A stretch of 32,000 nucleotides of DNA, from assembly GCF_003231495.1 (NCBI RefSeq), contig NZ_PQWO01000004.1, positions 390,001-422,000 of the forward strand, read 5' to 3'. Origin of the DNA: Acaryochloris thomasi RCC1774 (lineage in GTDB: Bacteria > Cyanobacteriota > Cyanobacteriia > Thermosynechococcales > Thermosynechococcaceae). Within the stretch, counting starts at the first letter, position 1. Each line of letters starts with the position of its first letter. The translations under genes and the position numbers were made by a program. Under the pieces are notes generated by a model that was given only the letters and a program-made list of their open reading frames with translations, made no database searches and was not told where the DNA came from. Positions 24,999 through 32,000 of the stretch are shown piece after piece.

Positions 24999-26816
24999 GT
25001 GATGCCAGTGGGTCCATTGCTTCATTTGCTTCGTGCCCAATGTGGCGCCCTCAAAACTGCGACAAAGCTGGTCTGGCAGAGTTCTCCGGGCTGGACGATT
25101 GGTCGTCTGATTCTCGTTGTCATTCAGGGGATTTTACCCCTCGCCTCTCTCTATCTCACCAAGCTGATCGTCGATGCTGTAACCGTCAGCGTCACGGACG
25201 CAGACAAAGCCCCTATTCTCAATCAGGCGCTGGTATTGGTGGGGCTCTACGCCGGGGTGATGCTGATTACGAACCTGTGTATCGCCCTCTCAGAGCTGAT
25301 CAATGCGGCCCAGCGCCAGCGGCTGACCGATTACACCCAAGAATTACTCCATACGCAAGCTGCAGCCCTAGACCTTGGATACTACGAAGATCCTGAGTAC
25401 CACGACATTTTAGAGCGAGCCGAAGAAGAAGCCCCCTACCGCCCCGTCGATATTCTCGACAACCTTGTGCAGATCGGTGAAAACGGCATTTCGCTGCTGG
25501 CAATGGTGGGATTGCTCCTGTCGCTGCATGCAGGTCTGATTGGGGTGTTGTTTGCGGCAGCTCTACCCGCAATGTTTGTGAAAATGAAATTTGCTCAGGT
25601 GTTCTATCGCTGGGAGCGCAGCCGTACGTCTCTGGAACGACAGGCTGACTATTTAGGGTGGCTGCTAACGTCTGACTCGGCAGCGAAAGAGGTGCGACTC
25701 TATGGCCTGAGCCGCTTCTTTGGACAGCGATTTCAGCAGATTCGCCAGCGCCTGTATCGAGAGAAATTAAAGCTGGTGATGCGGCGATTTATTTGGTTCG
25801 CCGGTACTCAGTTGATCACGAGCGGTGTCGTATTTTTAGCCTATGCTTTTATCGTTTATCAGACGGTGCAGGGCACTCTAAAGCTTGGGGATTTAGTGCT
25901 CTACCATCAGGCCTTTCAGCGTGGACAAGGCGCAATGCGAGCGGTCCTGCAGGGATTAGCCGGTCTATATGAAGATAATCTCTTCATTGAGAATTTCCGG
26001 GAATTTCTAGCTCTGAAGTCTCGCTTGCCTGCTTTGGTCAAGCCTCGATCTGTCCCGATGCCTCTGCAGCAGGGTATTACGCTGGAGAACGTCAGCTTCC
26101 AATATCCTAAAACTACGCGGCAGGCTCTCCGAAACGTAAGTCTCACGATTCGTCCCCAAGAAACCATTGCGCTGGTGGGCGAGAACGGCTGTGGTAAAAC
26201 AACGCTAGTGAAGCTGTTGTGTCGCCTTTACGATCCGACCGAAGGCCGAATTGCGCTAGATGGCATTGATCTCAGATCCTTCGAGATTACAGAGCTGCAC
26301 CGCCACATGAGCGCAGTGTTTCAAGACTATGTGCAGTACCATCTGACGGCTCGGGAAAATATTGGGTTAGGGAATATTGAGCTGTCCGATGAGGCTGCCA
26401 TTAAGGAAGCAGCTCTTCGTTCAGGAGCCGATACGGTGATTCATCAACTGCCGCAGGGGTATCAAACGGTGCTCGGCAAGTGGTTTGAAGCTGGTGAAGA
26501 ACTCAGTGGTGGACAGTGGCAGTCCATTGCTCTGGCTCGGGCTTTCTTACGCAATTCCCCCATTATTATCCTGGATGAACCCACGAGCGCTCTTGACCCC
26601 AAGGCAGAGTATGAGGTCTTCCAGAAGTTTTACCAGCTGACGCACAACCAAACCGCAATCTTAATCAGTCATCGCTTAGCAACTGTCAGGATGGCGGACT
26701 GTATTTACGTCATGGCAAATGGTTCAATCATTGAGAAGGGTACACATCAGGAGTTGCTGAGACGGGGGGGGACCTATGCTCAGCTCTATGAGACGCAAGC
26801 TAAAAATTACCGCTAA
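24999..26816 (+). CDS. ABC transporter, fused permease and ATP-binding protein (exporter type)
   Basis: 605 aa, starting at the GTG at 24999 or the ATG at 25002. It has a six-helix TMD-like N-terminal half, Walker A (GENGCGKTT), the signature motif LSGGQWQ, Walker B (IIILDEPTSALD) and an H-loop (ISHRL). Confidence 0.92.
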   Translation: MMPVGPLLHLLRAQCGALKTATKLVWQSSPGWTIGRLILVVIQGILPLASLYLTKLIVDAVTVSVTDADKAPILNQALVLVGLYAGVMLITNLCIALSELINAAQRQRLTDYTQELLHTQAAALDLGYYEDPEYHDILERAEEEAPYRPVDILDNLVQIGENGISLLAMVGLLLSLHAGLIGVLFAAALPAMFVKMKFAQVFYRWERSRTSLERQADYLGWLLTSDSAAKEVRLYGLSRFFGQRFQQIRQRLYREKLKLVMRRFIWFAGTQLITSGVVFLAYAFIVYQTVQGTLKLGDLVLYHQAFQRGQGAMRAVLQGLAGLYEDNLFIENFREFLALKSRLPALVKPRSVPMPLQQGITLENVSFQYPKTTRQALRNVSLTIRPQETIALVGENGCGKTTLVKLLCRLYDPTEGRIALDGIDLRSFEITELHRHMSAVFQDYVQYHLTARENIGLGNIELSDEAAIKEAALRSGADTVIHQLPQGYQTVLGKWFEAGEELSGGQWQSIALARAFLRNSPIIILDEPTSALDPKAEYEVFQKFYQLTHNQTAILISHRLATVRMADCIYVMANGSIIEKGTHQELLRRGGTYAQLYETQAKNYR

Positions 26817-26843
26817 TTTTTGATCTATTTAGAATCAATCCCT

Positions 26844-28058
26844 ATGGTCATCTCGGCAAACCCAATTGCCTCAACGGTCACAGTAATATCTCCAGAAATG
26901 CAGCTAGTGCTGTACTGCGCGCGTACCCAGCTCAATGACGCCATTGTTGACCAGCTACAGCAACTCCTGCAGCAGCCCCTTGATTGGGCTAGTGTCATTG
27001 AAGCGGCCTTTACGCATCGCGTCGTTCCGCTGCTGTATCAGGCTCTCAATACCCACGCTTCGGCCTTAGTGCCTGCTGAGATTCTAGAAGAGCTGCAGCA
27101 AGAGTTTCAGGACAATCAACTGGATAATCTTGCTTTGACGCAGGAACTGGTGCAGCTTCTTAAACTATTGGCTGAACATCAGATTCCAGCTATTTCTTTT
27201 AAGGGGCCGCTTCTGGCAACCACTGTCTACCAAAATTTAGCGCTGCGAACGTTTAGTGATTTAGACATCTTGGTGCATCCTCAGCATTTTGGAGAAGCCC
27301 GCGATCTGCTGTTTGCCCACGGCTACCGGTCTGGCATGCAGCATGTCTATCTGCTCAACTCTCCCAGACACGAGGGAAAACTCGTACGGGCTTTGGGTGA
27401 ATGTCCGTTTCAGCACCCGGAAACCTTATTCTGTATCGATTTACATCAGCGTCTGGTGGCGGGCGAGTTCTATCATCTGTCGTTTACCTTTGATCAGATT
27501 TGGTATCGTCTCCAGACAGTGTCTGTGCTGGGGGCACCGATCGCTAGCCTCCATCCAGAGGATTTGTTGCTCTACCTTTGTATTCATGGGGCCAAGGATC
27601 GCTGGCAGCGTCTGAGCTGGGTTTGTGATGTGGCTGAGCTGGTTCGCCTACACGATGAACTGAACTGGGCTGATCTAGTTCAGAAAGCTCGCTGGGCCGG
27701 AACAGAGCAAATGTTGCTGCTGGGTTTGGTGTTGGCTCGGGATTTGTTAGCGGTGGAGTTGCCAGATGCGATCGCAACTCTCATAAAAACAGACTTCCGC
27801 CAGCAATCATTAGCCTCTCAGGTCCGGCAGCAGATTATTCAAGGCGACGACGACGCAGATCTGACCGTCAACCTATGGCAGCGCTTTATCTTTGGCTTTC
27901 AGCTCCTTGAACGCTTCGACGATCGGTCTCGCTGTAGCCTCACCTTTGTCAAAAATCTCTTGAGACCTACGCCAGACGATCGCGAGTTTTATCCACTCCC
28001 GACGTGGCTGTCTTTTCTTTATCCCGTTGTGCGACTAGCCCGACTGCTGAGTCAGTGA
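26844..28058 (+). CDS. Uncharacterised nucleotidyltransferase family protein (PF14907 / NTP_transf_5-like)
   Basis: The ORF is open from the TTG at 26820, and the first ATG is at 26844. The N-terminal block LVLYCARTQLNDAIVDQLQQLLQQPLDWASVIEAAFTHRVVPLLYQAL and the central FKGPLLATTVYQNLALRTFSDLDILV are what I recall as typical of this family. Members sit next to HprK-like kinases in lasso peptide clusters, for example the nucleotidyltransferase that decorates the phospho-serine of pseudomycoidin. Confidence 0.8.
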   Translation: MVISANPIASTVTVISPEMQLVLYCARTQLNDAIVDQLQQLLQQPLDWASVIEAAFTHRVVPLLYQALNTHASALVPAEILEELQQEFQDNQLDNLALTQELVQLLKLLAEHQIPAISFKGPLLATTVYQNLALRTFSDLDILVHPQHFGEARDLLFAHGYRSGMQHVYLLNSPRHEGKLVRALGECPFQHPETLFCIDLHQRLVAGEFYHLSFTFDQIWYRLQTVSVLGAPIASLHPEDLLLYLCIHGAKDRWQRLSWVCDVAELVRLHDELNWADLVQKARWAGTEQMLLLGLVLARDLLAVELPDAIATLIKTDFRQQSLASQVRQQIIQGDDDADLTVNLWQRFIFGFQLLERFDDRSRCSLTFVKNLLRPTPDDREFYPLPTWLSFLYPVVRLARLLSQ

Positions 28059-28118
28059 CCTGGTCATGAAAAAGAGGTCACAGGCAGAATTATGTTGAAA
28101 GCAGGGCAGACAATAGGA

Positions 28119-29594
28119 TTATAGGCGGACTCGCTGCCAAGTTTTTACGTCACGAAACTTGGGTTTAACAGGCAACTCAACGGTCGATAAGACATCTGCA
28201 AGACTGGACACGTCTTCAGGCACAGCAATGCCAGAGGTGGCTCCTGTCGTAGTGATGAGCGTTCCATCATAATCTGAGGGGGGGCGAGTTGTAGAGCTGC
28301 TAGGTGCATTGACGACATCTTCTACCCAAACAACTCCATCAAAGTTGCTGTTACCAGGACTGGGGCAACCGTCTCCCGTCGTTTGAATTTGTAAGTCTAA
28401 GTAAGGGCTATAGAAAAAGGCTGTATCAATACAACTGGTGTCATAAAGGTCTAACGGTGCACCGTCAATTGCAGTCATGATGATTCTCAGATCACCGACT
28501 CGAGGAGGCTGACCATCGGTGCGTATATTCTGAATCTTGGAGTTCCCTCTGAGAGATGACCACCAATGGACGTAGAGATATACGGGACCAGACGTTGTAT
28601 CTACCGTCACTGTATCGTTCCCAGTGAGCTGGATCTCGGGCGTTTGGTAGTAGGTAATGCCACCACCGGCTGCAGTCAAGGTTCTACTGCTGTTCAAAAC
28701 GCCCAAGTCAGTCCCTTGGGGAGTCACAGGCCAAGTAAACGCAATCGGACAGGCTGTAATTTTTCCTTTAACGGCATCCCCGCTGAAGCCATCCGTCGAG
28801 CCGGACCAGATCGCGTCTAAAGACTGAGAACGCTTGCTATCCCCTGGAGAAGTTCCTCCTGTAAAAGTCGGACTTGCTGAATAGCCAGGATTATAGAAAA
28901 GGTTGCCATTATTGCCTGTCACAGTTCTGCCTTGTAGATAAATGCTTCGGCTCGTGAGTACACCAGGAAAAACTTCAGGGGTGTCAACCCGTAGGGTTGT
29001 GACAATGTAAGAGGCCGAGGCGTCTCGTGTACCTTCGATTAAAAAGCTAGCTGTTTTCTGAGTTTGGTTATATCGATAAGCCTTGAGAGTGTATTGGCCA
29101 CTGGTGCCAAATGCACCGCTGTAGCTGATGTTGGGTGGAGCTATCCCCGGGCTAATGCATGGGGTTGTCGTCGCACTTCCCCATTCATCAATCGCAGCGC
29201 TTTCTTCGTCCCCGCTATTGAGCATGCCATCTGGGCCAAAGTAAGTTTTGCCTGTTTTAGGATTAATGGGATCATAATTACGAGCCAATAAGACTGCATT
29301 ATTCGGCCTCATAAGCTGGGCTAACGTTCGTGCAAAGCCACCTTCCGCACTGGCTTGACTTGCGCCAGATTCTTTTCGTTGCCATGCAGTGGAGCGACTG
29401 TTTTGAGAGACCAGTATCGTGGTCATTCCCAACGTCAGCATAACCAGTCCTAACCCTATTGCTAAAGGCAAGGCAAAACCCTGATCGGCCTTCTGGTAAC
29501 GACTCTGGCTATCAGCGACTGAAAAAGCAGACGAGGCAACTAGCGTGCTGACAAAAGCACGTTGCACTATTTTGAGGCTGTTTGGAAGCACCAT
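28119..29594 (-). CDS. Secreted or cell-surface protein with a PilX-N/pseudopilin-like hydrophobic N-terminus (HpsA-like?)
   Basis: 491 aa. The segment QGFALPLAIGLGLVMLTLGMTTILV, followed by a polar region, resembles the PilX N-terminal domain and cyanobacterial HpsA-type N-termini. It lacks the Glu5 of true prepilins. The remainder is Gly/Thr/Ser-rich and looks beta-rich. Confidence 0.55.
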   Translation of the reverse strand: MVLPNSLKIVQRAFVSTLVASSAFSVADSQSRYQKADQGFALPLAIGLGLVMLTLGMTTILVSQNSRSTAWQRKESGASQASAEGGFARTLAQLMRPNNAVLLARNYDPINPKTGKTYFGPDGMLNSGDEESAAIDEWGSATTTPCISPGIAPPNISYSGAFGTSGQYTLKAYRYNQTQKTASFLIEGTRDASASYIVTTLRVDTPEVFPGVLTSRSIYLQGRTVTGNNGNLFYNPGYSASPTFTGGTSPGDSKRSQSLDAIWSGSTDGFSGDAVKGKITACPIAFTWPVTPQGTDLGVLNSSRTLTAAGGGITYYQTPEIQLTGNDTVTVDTTSGPVYLYVHWWSSLRGNSKIQNIRTDGQPPRVGDLRIIMTAIDGAPLDLYDTSCIDTAFFYSPYLDLQIQTTGDGCPSPGNSNFDGVVWVEDVVNAPSSSTTRPPSDYDGTLITTTGATSGIAVPEDVSSLADVLSTVELPVKPKFRDVKTWQRVRL

Positions 29595-30056
29595 CTGTAA
29601 CCTTTAGATATCAACTCTGCCAGAGCCTCCGCAGTGCAAAAATGAGATTGTGATTTTGACCTAATGCTGGCGCGTTCAGGATGACTGAACGTTCTGTCAT
29701 TATGGTACCTGCAGGAAACCAACTGTTGCCTCAGAAAATCTACGGGATCTTTCCATAGGGATAAGGCCAGAAAGATCTGCGACAAACAGCGTTGCTTAGG
29801 CTAATTTTTAAAACAGCTTTAAAATGCACACTGTTATTGCCTTAAATTCGTACGAGTAAAGCGCTAAAGGGAATTTTGATAAAGACTTGTGAGAAATCCA
29901 GATAAAGACTGAGACTTTCTCAACGACGACGCGGTATTCACAGTGAGTCGTATTCTGCTTACCTGCTGTCAAAGCGCGAATACTACGGGAATCAAGATGG
30001 CATAATAATTGACTCCGCTTCCACCCAAGATTCTTGCAAAATTGAACACTAGGACT

Positions 30057-32000
30057 TTAAAACGCATTGGCTGATGTATCCATCGCGTCAGCCCGATCGT
30101 CACAGATTTCTGAGAGGTTAATCCCTTGCCCCTGACTGTTGTACAGCCCGCCGCGCTGAGACTCAGGGGCTAGCGTTGAATTCAGTCGCCGACAGGCTCG
30201 ACCTATCAGCGTCTCTAAAGTATCGACAGGCCAAACTTTTACAGTCGTCTGAGGTGTCTGACCGTGAGGCGCATCTTCGATGACTGCAATCTGAGTCCAG
30301 TCAGGATTGAGAGCTGACAGAATGCCGTAGTAATTCGCCGTGTCGTATTGGGCAATTTGTCGCCCTTGAAGATCCCAGATGCGGGCAGTGCGATCTCTAA
30401 TGCTAGAAGTTGCAAACTTTTGCCCATCGGGGCTAAACCGGAACTGATCAATGGCTCCTGAGTGGCCGATAAAGGTGGTAATTTGCTGACCGTCAAGGGT
30501 CCAGAGCTGGACGTTGCCGCTGTCTTGAGCAACAGCGTAGCGATCGCCGGTCGGACTCGGCCAAACTTTGCTGCTGTACAACTCCTCAGAGGGATGCCGT
30601 TGCGTCTCCTCTAGTAGCTTGCCTTGGGTATTCCAGCGACGGAGGGCACCATCAACAGCCGCTGTTATGATCTGGTTTTGCCCTGCTGAAAACCATGCTG
30701 TGGCAATGTCTGAACCCGCAGGATGCTTCAGTGTTGCAGTCTGTTGGCCTTGGCTATCCCAGAATGCGATCACCCCATCGAAGTCCTGTGTCGCAATGCG
30801 ATTGTCCCCCAAACTGAAAAGAGCCTTATGGGTTTTTGGCACAACGAAAGTCTGACGTAATCTGCCGCTCAAATCCCAGGACTTGATTGTCTTTTGATCG
30901 ATCAGAGCAGTAATACGACGACTGTTGAAGCTCCAAATGAGATCGTATCCTTGGGTTTGTCCCTCGACCGGAATGGCCGCAACCTGCCGACCATCAGAGT
31001 TCCATAGTCGGATCATGACATCCTTGGAGGAGAACATATTAGATTCGACCGTGGCAAGATGCTTTCCTTGAGGCTGAAAGACGGGGGCACTAATGCTCGT
31101 CTCTTTCAAAGAGTGCGTTTTGAGCAAGGTGCCGTCTTCAGTCCAGAGACGCAAGATACTCCCTTTCCCTGGCCTAGCATCAACCGTAACCATGCGGTTA
31201 TTTTGCGAGGTGAAGCCAACAAACCAAGGGCGGTGCTCGGAACTGGCAGAAGGTAACGACGTCAGTTGATTTCCCTGTATATTCCAGAGATGGGTGGCAT
31301 TGTCAGAAGAGGAAGAGGCGGTACTGACTAAATAGCGATCGCTACCAAACCAAAGTCTCTGGGACCATTCCTTGGCTTCAGATGTGGATTGGATTTCGGG
31401 AACATGCCCCTTGAAACTAAGAATTTGATTGCCCTTTAAATCTTGAATCTGAATCTCGCCCTCCCAAGTGAGTCCAGCCATGCGATCGCCGGATGGACTA
31501 AAGTCAAATGCTGCAAAGTCAGGGCGCTTGAGTTCTTGGATCAGCTCGCCTTGGAGGTCCGTAAGCTGTATTGTTTTTTTGTCATCACTCCACACCTGCA
31601 AATGCCGACCGGATGTCGATAAAGTGATCGTGCTATGACTGGTCGCCTCATCAATTATCTGACCGGCTAGATTCCAACGTCGCACAATACTGCGATGTTC
31701 GCGGCTGTTACTGCTCCCGTCCCCTTTTTCCGCTTCAATCTTGTTAATTTCTTGCTGGTCAACCGTTACAATCTCTCCCTGTTCTGGGTAGAATGCCACC
31801 TGCGTACCGTCGGCAAACCTATCGTCAATTTCAATATTGAGTGTCGTCACGCGTTTACCACCTAACTTATGAATGCAGAGCCGTCCGGCACAGCTCATCG
31901 CGACTAGATTTCGACGACCCAATGCTGAGGGTTGTTCGGGAGAGGCGACATAGACAGACCACAGTTTGAAGTCCTCCGACTGCTTTGCAGCGTTTAGTGG
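30057..32000 (-). CDS. WD40/beta-propeller repeat protein; N-terminus lies outside the window
   Basis: The frame stays open upstream of the ORF-track start to the window edge (...FKLWSVYVASPEQPSALGRRNL...). There are at least 10 repeats ending in W(D/N/T)xxG(Q/K/R): RRWNLAGQ, HLWNIQGN, RLWTEDGT, RLWNSDGR, KSWDLSGR, AFWDSQGQ, RRWNTQGK, QLWTLDGQ and RIWDLQGR. Confidence 0.85.
   Translation of the reverse strand, partial: PLNAAKQSEDFKLWSVYVASPEQPSALGRRNLVAMSCAGRLCIHKLGGKRVTTLNIEIDDRFADGTQVAFYPEQGEIVTVDQQEINKIEAEKGDGSSNSREHRSIVRRWNLAGQIIDEATSHSTITLSTSGRHLQVWSDDKKTIQLTDLQGELIQELKRPDFAAFDFSPSGDRMAGLTWEGEIQIQDLKGNQILSFKGHVPEIQSTSEAKEWSQRLWFGSDRYLVSTASSSSDNATHLWNIQGNQLTSLPSASSEHRPWFVGFTSQNNRMVTVDARPGKGSILRLWTEDGTLLKTHSLKETSISAPVFQPQGKHLATVESNMFSSKDVMIRLWNSDGRQVAAIPVEGQTQGYDLIWSFNSRRITALIDQKTIKSWDLSGRLRQTFVVPKTHKALFSLGDNRIATQDFDGVIAFWDSQGQQTATLKHPAGSDIATAWFSAGQNQIITAAVDGALRRWNTQGKLLEETQRHPSEELYSSKVWPSPTGDRYAVAQDSGNVQLWTLDGQQITTFIGHSGAIDQFRFSPDGQKFATSSIRDRTARIWDLQGRQIAQYDTANYYGILSALNPDWTQIAVIEDAPHGQTPQTTVKVWPVDTLETLIGRACRRLNSTLAPESQRGGLYNSQGQGINLSEICDDRADAMDTSANAF

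Noticed and set aside
24938-25396. 152-aa Arg/Cys-rich ORF overlapping the 5' end of the ABC transporter gene
   Set aside because: It is an alternative frame of a gene with clear ABC motifs, it starts at a TTG, and its composition is typical of an off-frame translation. Only its first ~15 codons coincide with the direct-repeat element, which is discussed separately.
22748-28118. Search for lasso cyclase (Asn-synthetase-like), transglutaminase-like B2 protease or a PqqD/RRE gene in all six frames around the cassette
   Set aside because: No ORF of suitable size or motif content exists here. The spacers 22748-23602, 23769-23972 and 24882-24998 contain only ORFs under 35 codons with no recognisable motifs. 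Absence within the window is reported as a finding. Presence elsewhere in the genome cannot be excluded.
312-31256. Numerous 60-140-aa antisense or off-frame ORFs in the ORF track nested inside the large genes (for example 312-632, 3142-3637, 6393-7498, 13958-14823, 16248-18722, 21247-21824, 30239-30855)
   Set aside because: Each lies entirely within a longer ORF that has strong family motifs. Their compositions (Arg/Ser/Pro/Cys-rich) are typical of shadow frames in DNA with above 50% GC.
1-32000. CRISPR arrays, tRNA or rRNA genes, transposase or integrase genes, and IS terminal repeats
   Set aside because: I saw no regularly spaced direct repeats, no cloverleaf-like or rRNA-like segments, and no transposase or integrase-like ORFs on visual inspection. 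The short tandem duplications at 9390-9409 (GAGCTGCAT x2) and 19252-19287 are too small to be meaningful arrays.

Overview
The window looks like a chromosomal segment of a filamentous cyanobacterium. The HIP1 palindrome GCGATCGC occurs at least 15 times where about 0.5 would be expected by chance. A psaJ gene is present, and the TPR-CHAT, WD40 and PIN toxin-antitoxin genes are typical cyanobacterial content.

Most of the window is ordinary:
- a partial SDR oxidoreductase
- a GH38 alpha-mannosidase
- a TPR-CHAT protein
- psaJ, which is too short to appear in the ORF track
- a CPXCG zinc-ribbon protein
- Tex
- a single-module NRPS
- a fused M16 peptidase
- a PilX-N-like secreted protein
- a partial WD40 protein

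The main finding is at about 22.9-28.1 kb. A short peptide gene missed by the ORF track has a leader that matches the lasso-peptide motif YxxPxLx3Gx5TxG exactly. It is followed by an HPr-kinase-like kinase, an ABC exporter and a PF14907-type nucleotidyltransferase. No lasso cyclase, leader protease or PqqD-like RRE gene lies in the flanks. The predicted core has no Asp or Glu, so it cannot form a macrolactam. It is extremely cationic, with an Arg7 tract encoded by a CGN repeat, and it ends in GSGS. As given, the peptide reading frame is broken by one extra T.

Other observations:
- a roughly 70-nt direct repeat brackets the peptide and kinase genes
- a perfect TGTA-N8-TACA (NtcA-type) site lies in the upstream spacer
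- a diverged duplicate of the tex 5' end is separated from intact tex by a VapBC-type module
- the NRPS condensation domain lacks its catalytic half
- a low-GC islet carries an orphan gene

Everything here comes from reading the sequence by eye. No searches or computations were run.
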